Made by a program: the position numbers and the translations under genes. A DNA stretch of 64,000 bases, from NCBI GenBank assembly GCA_041659525.1, contig JBAZYC010000001.1:525731-589730 (forward strand), written 5' to 3'. Shown here in pieces: positions 16,624 to 25,716 of the stretch. The notes below the pieces were generated by a model. That model did not search any database and was not told the DNA's origin. It saw only the letters and a program-made list of their open reading frames with translations. Position 1 is the first letter of the stretch. Every line of letters begins with the position of its first letter. This DNA is from an archaeon (GTDB taxonomy: Archaea > Iainarchaeota > Iainarchaeia > Iainarchaeales > JAAZKV01).

Positions 16624-17040
16624 TTAGTTTACATTAATTTTTACTTTTCTTTTGAAAATTAATTTAACCAAATTTTCTTCGTTGCTTTGTTTTACTAAAT
16701 TACAATCAAGAGTGAAAGAAAATTGTTTTGGAGTGACTGTGAGAGTAGTTGTTGTTAATTTGGAGCAGTTTGTTTGGTGAACAGAATTTAATCTATTTAA
16801 AATTGAAATAGCATTTGAATCAACGCAAGAAGTTATTTCAGCAACAGTTTTGCTCCAATTACAATCACTAGCTATTCTGGTAAGATTAAGTTCAAAGTTG
16901 TTAGTAAAAAGTTTTGCTTCAATTGGAAGTTCTTTTATTGACACTTGGTTTTTTGTTTCAATATTCATACTAAAAAGAAGTGCTCCAACTAAAAATACAG
17001 CAAGTACTACTAAAAGTCCTCCAAATCCTTTGTTATTCAT
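16624..17040 (-). CDS. Type IV pilin-like protein (class III signal peptide)
   Basis: The N-terminus is MNNKGFGGLLVVLAVFLVGALLF. Its ATG overlaps the upstream stop (ATGA). It belongs to a co-directional pilin-like run. Confidence 0.5.
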   Translation of the reverse strand: MNNKGFGGLLVVLAVFLVGALLFSMNIETKNQVSIKELPIEAKLFTNNFELNLTRIASDCNWSKTVAEITSCVDSNAISILNRLNSVHQTNCSKLTTTTLTVTPKQFSFTLDCNLVKQSNEENLVKLIFKRKVKINVN

Positions 17041-17312
17041 TCTATCCACCTACAAGAAAATTTTTCTAAGAGTTGTTTACTTTGAACCCTATAATAAATT
17101 ACTTTTGAACAATATTGAGTAGTTGCAAGTATGTTTGGTAGGCTTTCATTTTGATCAAAATAAAGAGTCATTGCTCTGTCACTTTGGGCTTGTATTTGGA
17201 TGTTATTTGTGGATTGTACTTGAAAAGAACTAGTGTACCAAAATACTGATGTTGCAAGAATTATTATTATTAAAGTAAGTAAAGCTTCGGTAGAAAAAAT
17301 AAATCCTTTCAT
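17037..17312 (-). CDS. Type IV pilin-like protein
   Basis: MKGFIFSTEALLTLIIIILATSVF has the K-G-F prepilin-type cleavage context followed by a hydrophobic helix. Confidence 0.55.
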   Translation of the reverse strand: MKGFIFSTEALLTLIIIILATSVFWYTSSFQVQSTNNIQIQAQSDRAMTLYFDQNESLPNILATTQYCSKVIYYRVQSKQLLEKFSCRWIE

Positions 17313-17800
17313 TTTCCCACCTTCAAGTTAAGCGTTCCTCTTTGAAGATTTGGGCAACTAGCGGTTGTCATGCAAAGATTTAGGTCATAATAATTAATAT
17401 TTTTGTCACACACAAGTACGTTAACATCAAAAGAAATCAAGTTTTCATAATTAACTGAATCAGTTAAATATTGGGTAGTGCTCGTAGTAGTTAAGCTCAA
17501 AGTAACATTACCGTCTTGGAGCGCAATTAATTTTTTTCTATCCGCTGAAGTTATTCCTGCTATTTTTGCTGTATTTATTGAGTAAGCTAATGAAGTGCCA
17601 TTAAAATCACAACTAGTTTTAGGTGAATTTGCAAATGTAATTATTCCAGTCTCAGCTCTTTCTTTTAATAAAGAAAATTCAGTTTTTTGTTTTGTGTTAT
17701 ACAAGTTAAATTCCCCTACGCTAGCCAGTACTCCGAAGCCCATTATTATGAGGGCCATTGCAAAAAGAAAATCAGTAGAAAAAATTTGGCCTTTATGCAT
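17309..17800 (-). CDS. Type IV pilin-like protein
   Basis: The N-terminus MHKGQIFSTDFLFAMALIIMGFGVL has a KGQ motif plus a hydrophobic helix. Confidence 0.6.
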   Translation of the reverse strand: MHKGQIFSTDFLFAMALIIMGFGVLASVGEFNLYNTKQKTEFSLLKERAETGIITFANSPKTSCDFNGTSLAYSINTAKIAGITSADRKKLIALQDGNVTLSLTTTSTTQYLTDSVNYENLISFDVNVLVCDKNINYYDLNLCMTTASCPNLQRGTLNLKVGK

Positions 17801-18230
17801 TTTTAATCACCAAAATCCCTGTGTGGGGTACATCAGTAAGGACAATATTCATATCAGTATTTTTACTAAAATAAGAATTTGAATCAACAGTGTAAAATCC
17901 ACCTGTTTTTGTTGTAACAGTGACTAAGAACTGGATTTTGTTTGCATCAAAAACAGTTATGATTGGATAAACTTTTTTCAAATTTCCTTTTTCATCTTCG
18001 TATTGTATTTTATTTATTTTTAATTCAGCATAAAAATTTGTATCAGACATTGTTTGAAGAGTGGTAATAAATGAAGCTGTTTTTTGAGAGGACTCGCTAA
18101 GTTGCTGTTCTATTAAAGTTTTTTCTTGAGAGGATTTAAAATTAAAAATGAGTAAACTTAGTGAAGAAATTACAATTAAGACTACTATTAAAGTAATCAT
18201 TAAATCTAAGCTTATTTGGCCTTTTTTCAT
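17793..18230 (-). CDS. Type IV pilin-like protein
   Basis: MKKGQISLDLMITLIVVLIVISSL is a class III signal peptide. Confidence 0.6.
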   Translation of the reverse strand: MKKGQISLDLMITLIVVLIVISSLSLLIFNFKSSQEKTLIEQQLSESSQKTASFITTLQTMSDTNFYAELKINKIQYEDEKGNLKKVYPIITVFDANKIQFLVTVTTKTGGFYTVDSNSYFSKNTDMNIVLTDVPHTGILVIKNA

Positions 18231-18268
18231 GCTAAACTTATGATTTTTCTCCCTTTTAATTTTGAGGT

Positions 18269-18637
18269 TTAGTCTTCAATAAGTGAAATTTGGGTGTTTT
18301 CTCCCTTTTCATTATAAAAAGAAATATTTTCTATAAAAAAAGGATATCCTAAAATTGCATTTAAGGAGTATTTTCTAAAGAACTTTTTATCAGTCGTGCT
18401 TGGGCTAGAACTACCATTAGGGTGGGAATGCAGGGTTCCAACAATAGAATCGTCAAATGGGATAGTATACTCATTTATGCTAGCCGAAGTTTCATTATTG
18501 TGAGTGGGTAAGAAAACAATTTCATGAATAAGTTCCTCTTTCTTATTTCCTCCAAGAAAACACATAAATTCATCAGGCATAAAATTATTTGAAGCACTTA
18601 TTGCATTAATTAAAACGCTTTTCTTTATTTTCCACAT
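18269..18637 (-). CDS. JAB/MPN (JAMM) metalloprotease domain protein
   Basis: GTLHSHPNGSSSPSTTD is the JAMM H-x-H-x7-S-x2-D motif. The likely start is MWKIKK at 18637, immediately after the upstream stop at 18640. Confidence 0.6.
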   Translation of the reverse strand: MWKIKKSVLINAISASNNFMPDEFMCFLGGNKKEELIHEIVFLPTHNNETSASINEYTIPFDDSIVGTLHSHPNGSSSPSTTDKKFFRKYSLNAILGYPFFIENISFYNEKGENTQISLIED

Positions 18638-18639
18638 AC

Positions 18640-19689
18640 TTAAATTAGGATAAATAAGTAGAAAAAGAGAACTGGGACAATTAAAGAAGAAATGCAAATG
18701 CTTCTTCTTAAGTTATTTGTCAGAACAAATAAACCTAATGCGGTTGAAAATAATAGTGCGCTTAATCCTATAAATCCATTTAATGCAAATACAAGCAAAA
18801 TTACAAAAACCAAAGCCCAAATGGATATTTTTTGAGTAAAACTCTGTGTGAATATTTTAATTGCTTTTTTTGAAAGAATTATTGCAACTAGTCCTCCAAT
18901 TCCTGCTGCAAATATCATAATGATTGTTCCAATAAAAAAAGTTTCTTGAGTAAAGAATATTTTGTTTTGAAGAGCAAGCATTCCTCCATTTCTTGCTTTT
19001 GATAAAGCAAACAAAGTGGAATATGAAAAGAAAAAATTTGATGCATTTATTGCCCCCAGCATTGCTAAATATTCATTAGTGCTTTTTTTGTTTCTAAAAG
19101 TATTAATTATTCCTGCAGCAGTGTTGCTTCCAATACCGGGCATAATTGAAACAATTGAGCCGCCAATCACCCCTATTAAAGATTCTTTTATTACGGAAAA
19201 ACTAATTGTTACATTTTCTTGTTGTTTTACTAAAATTTCTTTTTCTTTTAAAGAATAAAGAATTCCTGCCACCCCAAAATATCCTGTAATAAGTGGAAAT
19301 ATTTGATTTTCGAATAATATTCCTTGTGAGGAGGCGGCAATAATTACAAAAAAAACAAGTAGCATTCTTTTAGGTGTTTTTTCACTTATAACAAAAACAA
19401 TTAACGCAAAAATAAGTACTAGTGGAGTAACTAAAATTATTTCTTTTGAATTTTGTTTGATAAAAAGAAAAAAAAGAGGGGTTAGTAGAGAGCCTACAAT
19501 AATTGCGATAAGCGCTCCTGTGGTGCTTAGGCATATTGCTTCAATTGCTTTTCCTTCAAGAAGCATTCTATGCGCTGGTAAAATACTTTCAAAAGTATTT
19601 TCGCTAGGGGCACCAATAAAAACAGCGGGAATAAATTCAATAAATATTTGAGTAGTGCACATACTTAACATAAAGGAAGTTATTTCCAT
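18640..19689 (-). CDS. Polytopic membrane protein, TctA/DUF112-like (COG1784-type); true start probably upstream
   Basis: It has about 9 or more TM segments and MPGIGSNTAAG. The frame stays open upstream of ATG 19689 and encodes IILIWCFIGAIAGIIAGLIPGLHSNN, the family's typical N-terminal G..PG.H motif, with no ATG/GTG/TTG. Confidence 0.45.
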   Translation of the reverse strand: MEITSFMLSMCTTQIFIEFIPAVFIGAPSENTFESILPAHRMLLEGKAIEAICLSTTGALIAIIVGSLLTPLFFLFIKQNSKEIILVTPLVLIFALIVFVISEKTPKRMLLVFFVIIAASSQGILFENQIFPLITGYFGVAGILYSLKEKEILVKQQENVTISFSVIKESLIGVIGGSIVSIMPGIGSNTAAGIINTFRNKKSTNEYLAMLGAINASNFFFSYSTLFALSKARNGGMLALQNKIFFTQETFFIGTIIMIFAAGIGGLVAIILSKKAIKIFTQSFTQKISIWALVFVILLVFALNGFIGLSALLFSTALGLFVLTNNLRRSICISSLIVPVLFFYLFILI

Positions 19690-19799
19690 TCCAAAAAAAG
19701 GACTTGTTGCAGTAAGAATCGCAATATTGTTTGAGTGAAGTCCTGGAATTAATCCTGCAATTATTCCTGCAATTGCGCCAATGAAACACCAAATAAGAA

Positions 19800-20153
19800 T
19801 TATTCTTTCACCACCTTGTGTGCAAAAAGAGTGGTGCTTATAGGGTCACTTTCTTCTCCATATTGCCCAATTTGGTGTTCAGCATAAATTATTACAAAAT
19901 CGTTTTTTTCTATTTTGAGAGCACTTGGAGAAAAAAAGAGAGCTTTGTTTCCATCAGTTGCTACAAATAAAGTAACTGGGTATCTTTGAATTACTGTCTC
20001 TATTCTTGCAAAAATTATTCCTTTGCTTTCTTCATTGTTTAAAAGATGATTAATTGTGCTTTCTTCAAATTCAGGTTTGTACATTACTATTAAGATTAAC
20101 ATTCCAATTAAGGTAATCGCTAAGCAAATTTTTGAAATAGTTTTGTCATTCAT
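19800..20153 (-). CDS. Membrane-anchored hypothetical protein
   Basis: It has an N-terminal TM (ICLAITLIGMLILIV) and then a beta-rich domain of about 85 aa. I recognise no motif. Confidence 0.4.
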   Translation of the reverse strand: MNDKTISKICLAITLIGMLILIVMYKPEFEESTINHLLNNEESKGIIFARIETVIQRYPVTLFVATDGNKALFFSPSALKIEKNDFVIIYAEHQIGQYGEESDPISTTLFAHKVVKE

Positions 20154-20211
20154 TAACTAATTTTGAATAGATTTAATAAAAAGAAAAAGGTTGTTTTCGT
20201 CAAATGTCGAC

Positions 20212-20526
20212 TTATTTTATGAGAATATTGATGCTTTTGTATTTTGTGGAAGCAAGGACTTTATTTTTTATTGAATTAATATCAAGTGCAGTCAATGGGG
20301 TTAGTTTTATTATTAAATTTGTATCAACTATACTTTTTTCTATTTTTATATAATCAATAACAATAAGTTCTTTTTTCAACCCTAACTGGTTTAATGTCTC
20401 TACTTTTGCAACACTCATTGCCATTGTATCATCATGGATTTGGAGATAAAGAGAGGTTATTGCTATTGCTGCCGTTAGTATTATTAGAAGCAAAAATAAA
20501 CTTTCGAAAGCTGCTTGCCCCTTCAT
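20212..20526 (-). CDS. Type IV pilin-like protein
   Basis: The N-terminus is MKGQAAFESLFLLLIILTAAIAI. Confidence 0.6.
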   Translation of the reverse strand: MKGQAAFESLFLLLIILTAAIAITSLYLQIHDDTMAMSVAKVETLNQLGLKKELIVIDYIKIEKSIVDTNLIIKLTPLTALDINSIKNKVLASTKYKSINILIK

Positions 20527-20530
20527 GTTT

Positions 20531-20983
20531 TCAACTTCCTCGATTAATTCTAATTGTGTTTGTTGCTATTTTTTCAACTATTATTTTTAATTTTGAAGGG
20601 CCCTTAATTGTTTCAACTCCGCAAGCTAGCGTTAAATTGCTTGGGGTATTAAAATCTTTTGAGCAAATTCCGATTGGGCATTGTGCTGGATAGGGTTGTT
20701 GTTTTAGATTTAAATCATAATTAAGGCCTGTTGTGTTACAATCAATTTTTGATTGTTCTGGTAAAAAAACAATTAAGGTTTGTTTTGAATTAATTCCTTG
20801 TGTTGAAAGATCACTTATTGTGTTTGCAATCTTTTGAGTTTCGTTATTTATTCTCGAAATATTTTCAACATCACTTAAAGCATTTTGCCCTTCTTTTACT
20901 AGCGGCATTGTAACAGTTACTATATACACAACTACTATTAGTATTATGAAAATAAATTCAATTGCTGCCTGTCCTTTTTGCAT
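20531..20983 (-). CDS. Type IV pilin-like protein
   Basis: The N-terminus is MQKGQAAIEFIFIILIVVVYIV. Confidence 0.6.
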   Translation of the reverse strand: MQKGQAAIEFIFIILIVVVYIVTVTMPLVKEGQNALSDVENISRINNETQKIANTISDLSTQGINSKQTLIVFLPEQSKIDCNTTGLNYDLNLKQQPYPAQCPIGICSKDFNTPSNLTLACGVETIKGPSKLKIIVEKIATNTIRINRGS

Positions 20984-22096
20984 TCAAATCAACCCCATAA
21001 AAATCATTAGTGTGAAATCACCAAGTATTAAACATAAAATGTATCCTAAGAGCATCGTTGGGACAAAAGGCATGCTTTCTTTTATCCTTATTTTTTTAGG
21101 AATTAATCCTTTTTGAGCAAGTTTCTTTATTTCTTTTAACTCTTCCTCAGTTAATCCTCTTGCTTTTCTTGCTGAAATTATTTCTTTTTTAGGAGCAAGC
21201 AAATCAAAAAGAGGTTTTGAATTCTTTTCTTTGACACATTTCATAATTAATGCAAAATCCAAGTTTTTTTCTTCTAAGACCTTTTTTCCTTTGAAATACA
21301 GACTTGTTGAAGGAATCATCCCTTCTTCAAGTTTTTTTACCTTAATTTCACTTGAAAGAACTCTTTTTGTTGAAAAAAGCAATTTTATTATAGTATAAAC
21401 TATTACACTCAAAAACACTGTCGCTGATAGTGCTTGAATAAGTAAATTCAAATTCAAAATTAGTGCAATTATTAGGGAAATAATTGTAATGTATTTCTTT
21501 TTGTTTTTTAGAATTCCCCAAATAATTACTATAAGGATGGTTAAGAGTGGGTTAATTCCTAAAAAATTTAAGAGCACAAATGCAGCTGAAGCAAAAATTG
21601 AAGCATGTATTGCCGCCAAGATTTTTGGTTTCATTTCCTCGTAAAGTTCTTTTTGAAATTTTTTATTGTTAGCTATTTTCATAGTAATTACAAATAATCC
21701 GTATGGGAGAAAAGCAATTAAGGAGTAAATGAATAAAGTTATTGGGAAAAAAGGAATGTTTGCGCTCGAAAGCAATCCTATTTTTAGTAGCGCGGGTGTG
21801 AAGGGATTTAGTGCGCCTAATCCCATAAACAATTTAACATCCCCTCCAGCAAATACTCCCATTTTCCAAAGTATCCACCCAAAAAAAAATCCAAAGCACA
21901 TTCCGAATAGCGAATATAAAAATGGTAACGGGCTTGATTCAAAGTAAGATTGGATTGCGAATATTAATAACCCTGTTATTGTTAGTCCGTAGTTTAAAGT
22001 GTTAGGGACTATTCTTGCTTTAAGATCAGTGTAAGTTGCAGTGATTAATCCTATTATTGAAACTAGAATGGTAGTGTAAAAGAATATTGTTATCAT
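20984..22096 (-). CDS. Prepilin/preflagellin peptidase (A24 family, PibD/FlaK/EppA-like)
   Basis: This polytopic protein has the two catalytic Asp contexts ATYTDLKARIVPN and FAGGDVKLFMGLG. It sits inside the pilin cluster. Confidence 0.8.
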   Translation of the reverse strand: MITIFFYTTILVSIIGLITATYTDLKARIVPNTLNYGLTITGLLIFAIQSYFESSPLPFLYSLFGMCFGFFFGWILWKMGVFAGGDVKLFMGLGALNPFTPALLKIGLLSSANIPFFPITLFIYSLIAFLPYGLFVITMKIANNKKFQKELYEEMKPKILAAIHASIFASAAFVLLNFLGINPLLTILIVIIWGILKNKKKYITIISLIIALILNLNLLIQALSATVFLSVIVYTIIKLLFSTKRVLSSEIKVKKLEEGMIPSTSLYFKGKKVLEEKNLDFALIMKCVKEKNSKPLFDLLAPKKEIISARKARGLTEEELKEIKKLAQKGLIPKKIRIKESMPFVPTMLLGYILCLILGDFTLMIFMGLI

Positions 22097-22167
22097 TTCT
22101 AGAATTAGGTTCTTCGTATTTATAAAGCTTATTTGGGATTGCTAGCGAGGCAATTTAGCCTAATTAA

Positions 22168-22341
22168 TTAGTTTGTTAAAATATTTTCAATTACTCTTGA
22201 TCTTGTTGAAAGTATTTCTGCTTGTGCTTGTAGTGCAAGTGTTCTTAGTGTTTCAACTATTATTGCTGCGCTTATTGCAAGCATTATTGCAAAAACAGTG
22301 GTAAGTAAGTACTCGAATGAAACTTGAGCGGTTTCTTCCAT
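22168..22341 (-). CDS. Small type IV pilin-like protein
   Basis: The N-terminus is MEETAQVSFEYLLTTVFAIMLAISAAIIV. Starting at ATG 22341 avoids overlap with the upstream gene. Confidence 0.55.
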   Translation of the reverse strand: MEETAQVSFEYLLTTVFAIMLAISAAIIVETLRTLALQAQAEILSTRSRVIENILTN

Positions 22342-22352
22342 ATTAATTACCT

Positions 22353-22712
22353 TTAAGTTAGATTTGTGCATCTTTCTGCTGCTAAAAGCGGATCATTTTT
22401 ACTTTCTGAAAGAGCAGTACAACTTGCTATGCTAGGTGATTGTATACTTCCGCCAACTCCTACACCCATAAGACTTTTATCACACAAGTAACATCCGCAA
22501 ATTAAACTATTACTATCCAAAGTTTTACACATATAATCATAAGTTTGTATACTTCCAGTATCTTGTACTGGTCCAATAGTACTAACCATAAATGAGATTA
22601 CTACTGCTACAACTACAATTGCTGCTGCGAGTAATAATAAGTATTCAATTGCTCCCTGCGCACGAGAGAGTGCCTGTCCTCGTAATAGATTTTTTCCATT
22701 CATGTTTATCAC
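22353..22712 (-). CDS. Type IV pilin with Cys-rich C-terminal domain
   Basis: It has RAQGAIEYLLLLAAAIVVVAVVISFMV and a C-terminal domain with 6 Cys, including LICGCYLC. It is a paralogue of 48848-49189. Confidence 0.7.
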   Translation of the reverse strand: MINMNGKNLLRGQALSRAQGAIEYLLLLAAAIVVVAVVISFMVSTIGPVQDTGSIQTYDYMCKTLDSNSLICGCYLCDKSLMGVGVGGSIQSPSIASCTALSESKNDPLLAAERCTNLT

Positions 22713-22790
22713 GACAAATAGAGAGGAAAAGAAGTATTTAAACTTAATTATTAACTTCTAACAAAGAATATTGATTTTTTAAAAAGAAAA

Positions 22791-22819
22791 AGAAAGACTT
22801 TCATAAAGAAAGTCTTTCT
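22791..22819 (-). terminator. Hairpin plus T-tract downstream of pilin gene 22827-23135
   Basis: The stem is a perfect 12 bp, AGAAAGACTTTC-ATAAA-GAAAGTCTTTCT. On the minus strand it is followed by a T-rich run (CTTTTTCTTTTTAAAAAA). Confidence 0.55.
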
Positions 22820-22826
22820 GAGTTAA

Positions 22827-23135
22827 TTAGTTTTGTGGGCATTTTGAGTTTACTGTTTTTGTAAAATTTGTACAACACGTACAATTAGTGTATGTGCTTG
22901 TGCATCCGCCCAAAGTGTTTACATCTTTCATACATTTTAGTTGGTTGTTTTGTGAATTAATATCAGCTGCTGCTTCAGTAGTACTTGTTTTTCCTGTTCC
23001 TACTACGCTTGTTATTGCGATTATTACGATTGCTATTACTAGGATTGCTGCTCCTATGATTAGTAGGTATTCAATTGCCCCCTGTCCTCTTTCGCATTTT
23101 CTGAGTTGACAATGGACTTGTGCTTTTTGTTCCAT
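22827..23135 (-). CDS. Type IV pilin with Cys-rich C-terminal domain
   Basis: It reads MEQKAQVHCQLRKCERGQGAIEYLLIIGAAILVIAIVIIAITS. The C-terminus has CMKD..GGCTSTYTNCTCCTN..KCPQN. GGTGAT SD lies 4 nt before ATG 23135. Confidence 0.7.
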   Translation of the reverse strand: MEQKAQVHCQLRKCERGQGAIEYLLIIGAAILVIAIVIIAITSVVGTGKTSTTEAAADINSQNNQLKCMKDVNTLGGCTSTYTNCTCCTNFTKTVNSKCPQN

Positions 23136-23204
23136 TTTGATCACCTTTTAGTAAGTTAAACATGTTTTTAACTATTTAAAGATTAGCTTTTAAAAAATAG
23201 AAAA

Positions 23205-23228
23205 AGAAAGGCGAAAGAACGCCTTTCT
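23205..23228 (-). terminator. Hairpin plus T-tract downstream of small pilin gene 23243-23416
   Basis: The hairpin is AGAAAGGCG-AAAGAA-CGCCTTTCT. On the minus strand it is followed by TTTTTCTATTTTTT. Confidence 0.55.
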
Positions 23229-23242
23229 TTAATTAAATTTTT

Positions 23243-23416
23243 TTATGATCTTAACGCGTTTAAGTCATCCAGTTCATCAGCCGCTGTATTAGCGTCTACT
23301 TGTCCTTTTCCTGATCCAACAACGCTTGTTATTGCGATTATTACGATTGCAACAACTAGGATTGCTGCTCCTATGATTAACAGGTATTCGATTGCTCCTT
23401 GTGCTTTTTGTTCCAT
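23243..23416 (-). CDS. Small type IV pilin (57 aa), not in the ORF track; candidate major pilin
   Basis: Hand translation gives MEQKAQGAIEYLLIIGAAILVVAIVIIAITSVVGSGKGQVDANTAADELDDLNALRS. GGAGGT SD lies upstream and the gene has its own terminator hairpin. Confidence 0.75.
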   Translation of the reverse strand: MEQKAQGAIEYLLIIGAAILVVAIVIIAITSVVGSGKGQVDANTAADELDDLNALRS

Positions 23417-23507
23417 GGGTCATACCTCCTTTTCAAGTTTAAAAATTATAAACTAGTAACGCTTCTGGTGTTTTTAAACATTACCTTTTAGGAAGGCGAA
23501 GTACAAA

Positions 23508-23654
23508 TCAAGGGGTTTGTTTTGATTGTTCAGTTGTTGTTTGATTTATTGTATTTGCAGTACTTTTTATGTAAAGAGAAACAACAGTAACAATTGCTAT
23601 TGCTCCTGTAATAATTAATAAGTATTCAAGATTTACTTGCGCTTTTTCTTCCAT
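23508..23654 (-). CDS. Small type IV pilin-like protein (48 aa), not in the ORF track
   Basis: Hand translation gives MEEKAQVNLEYLLIITGAIAIVTVVSLYIKSTANTINQTTTEQSKQTP. Its ATG directly abuts the stop of the upstream platform gene at 23655. Confidence 0.65.
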   Translation of the reverse strand: MEEKAQVNLEYLLIITGAIAIVTVVSLYIKSTANTINQTTTEQSKQTP

Positions 23655-24572
23655 TTAAACCGCCCCTGAAATCATTCCTTTTACTACGAATGATGCTATG
23701 TAATACATTATGAATGCTGCTAATAGTAATAAAGGGATGTATATAATGCTTTTGTTAAGTTTGCCCTCTCTAATTAGTGACATCATTGTTCCTGAGCCTG
23801 TTACCTCAATTATTAGGTAAATTTGAATTAAAAGTATGATGAAATTATTTGTTTGATCAGTTGCAATAATTTGTTCAGGGGTTAATGAGCCTGCACTTAT
23901 TGTAGAGAATGCGCCGACAACTGCGTTGATTTCCCCAAATATTAAAGGGGCAACAAACCCAGCTGAAGCAATCATGAACATGAATTGCATTGTGGTGTTT
24001 GATTTTCTTTCTTCTTTTAATCTTTGGAAGTCTCTAACATCTTCAGCTATTTCATCAAGTATTTCTGCAAGGCTTGCTCCTGATTTTATTGAATCAAGTA
24101 TTATAGTTACCGTTCTTTTTACTAGTCTTGAATCAATTCTGTTTGCAAATCCGGTTAATGCAGTTTCAATATTTTCTCCATCCTCAAGTCTTCTTAGGGC
24201 AAAACTCATTTCTTCAGATAATCTTCCATAATCGGCTTCCACAACCTCTCTTAGTGCACTCTCATAAGTGTCTCCTGCTTTTAGAGTATCAGCCATTTGT
24301 TTTAGCGAATCACTAAAGTTCTTTTCAATAGAATCAATTATTGCTTCGTTCTTCATGTATGGGTAACCTAATAGTAGTACAAATGTTGCAAGAGAAAATG
24401 CTATTGGGATTAGTGTAAATTCTCTTATTAGGAGAGTAGTAATAACATAACTTAGTAATCCTGTTAAGAAAGTTGCTCCTATTACTATACAAATCCAAGT
24501 AGTTAGAGAGTATTTCATTTTAGAGAATTCTATCCAATTAGTGTATTTGTCAATTATATCTTGGAAATCCAT
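23655..24572 (-). CDS. Type II secretion system F-domain platform protein (TadC/FlaJ-like)
   Basis: The T2SSF-like region is FSDSLKQMADTLKAGDTYESALREV. TM segments flank it at both ends. Confidence 0.7.
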   Translation of the reverse strand: MDFQDIIDKYTNWIEFSKMKYSLTTWICIVIGATFLTGLLSYVITTLLIREFTLIPIAFSLATFVLLLGYPYMKNEAIIDSIEKNFSDSLKQMADTLKAGDTYESALREVVEADYGRLSEEMSFALRRLEDGENIETALTGFANRIDSRLVKRTVTIILDSIKSGASLAEILDEIAEDVRDFQRLKEERKSNTTMQFMFMIASAGFVAPLIFGEINAVVGAFSTISAGSLTPEQIIATDQTNNFIILLIQIYLIIEVTGSGTMMSLIREGKLNKSIIYIPLLLLAAFIMYYIASFVVKGMISGAV

Positions 24573-24576
24573 ATGT

Positions 24577-25716
24577 TCACATCTTTGGTTGTGTTAAATA
24601 TACTAATACGTTCATTCCAACGAAAACCATTGGCATGAATACCAAATAAATGATTAATAATATTGGCGGAGTAAGTGGTACCGCTTTAAATAAATCTTGC
24701 CCAGTTGCAGCAATTGGGGAGTTTCTTATTGCTCCAAGAATCATTATTGCCACTGGCATTACAATGCAGAGGAAAATAAATATTACTGCAAAGAAATTCA
24801 TTTTTTGTGAGAAAGAGTTTATTCTATCTTTCATATCTGCGGACACATCTTCTGCGATTTCATTCATTATATCGGAGAGATTTCCTCCTAGTCTCATTGC
24901 TCTTACTATGTGAGTTAGAGTAGTTCTTAGTGGTTTACTTTGTGTTCTTAGTGCCATGTGTTTTAGTGCAGCTACTGTATCAGTCCCTTCTTCTATTTCA
25001 GAAATAGTTCGTGCAAATTCTTCACTAAGCATCCCATAGTTTGTTGCTGTTATTGCTTGAATTGTTTTGTATAATCCAATTCCTGCTCTTAATTCAGTTG
25101 CCATGTGTCTTAGTGCAAATGGTAATTCTACTGAGCAAGCATTTCCTCTTGCGATTGCTTGTTGTCTTGGAATATTAACAACTATTAGTATTGCTACAAT
25201 TCCACCGATTAAAGCAAATAAAAAAGGAGTTATTGAGGCATAAACAATGTTTTTTGTTGCAGCAGCAATCATTGCTCCAACAAATAATCCTACTATAAAT
25301 GAAAATAAGGTTGCAATTATTCCTGCAGCACTTGTTAATGCTAAGTATTGGTTTGCCGAATAAGGCATGTTTGCTGAGTAAAGGTAAAACCCAACTTCTG
25401 CACTAAAAGGAACTTTTAGCATTTCTTTTAGGGGTTTCATTATTCCAATTAGTTTTAAATAAAAAGCTCCTACTTGTTGAGCGAGTTTTGAATCAAATCC
25501 TTCAATATCTTCTTTGTTTTCAAGTTCTGCTTTTGAGTAAGTATCTTCGGCAATTATCCCTCTTAATTCTTTTAGTGAACTGCTTACTTCATCAAATTGC
25601 ATTCCTTCTTCTCTATATTTTCGTTTCATTGTTTCAACGATTTTGTCAACTTCTACTTGGTCAGCGTATCCTTTTTCCTCAGGCATTATTTTCACCAAAA
25701 TTCTTTTTTTCCCCAA
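24577..25716 (-). CDS. Type II secretion system F-domain platform protein (TadB/FlaJ-like)
   Basis: It has LPFALRHMATELRAGIGLYKTIQAI plus TM segments. The alternative start ATG 25686 (MPEEKG) overlaps the ATPase stop. Confidence 0.7.
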   Translation of the reverse strand: MGKKRILVKIMPEEKGYADQVEVDKIVETMKRKYREEGMQFDEVSSSLKELRGIIAEDTYSKAELENKEDIEGFDSKLAQQVGAFYLKLIGIMKPLKEMLKVPFSAEVGFYLYSANMPYSANQYLALTSAAGIIATLFSFIVGLFVGAMIAAATKNIVYASITPFLFALIGGIVAILIVVNIPRQQAIARGNACSVELPFALRHMATELRAGIGLYKTIQAITATNYGMLSEEFARTISEIEEGTDTVAALKHMALRTQSKPLRTTLTHIVRAMRLGGNLSDIMNEIAEDVSADMKDRINSFSQKMNFFAVIFIFLCIVMPVAIMILGAIRNSPIAATGQDLFKAVPLTPPILLIIYLVFMPMVFVGMNVLVYLTQPKM

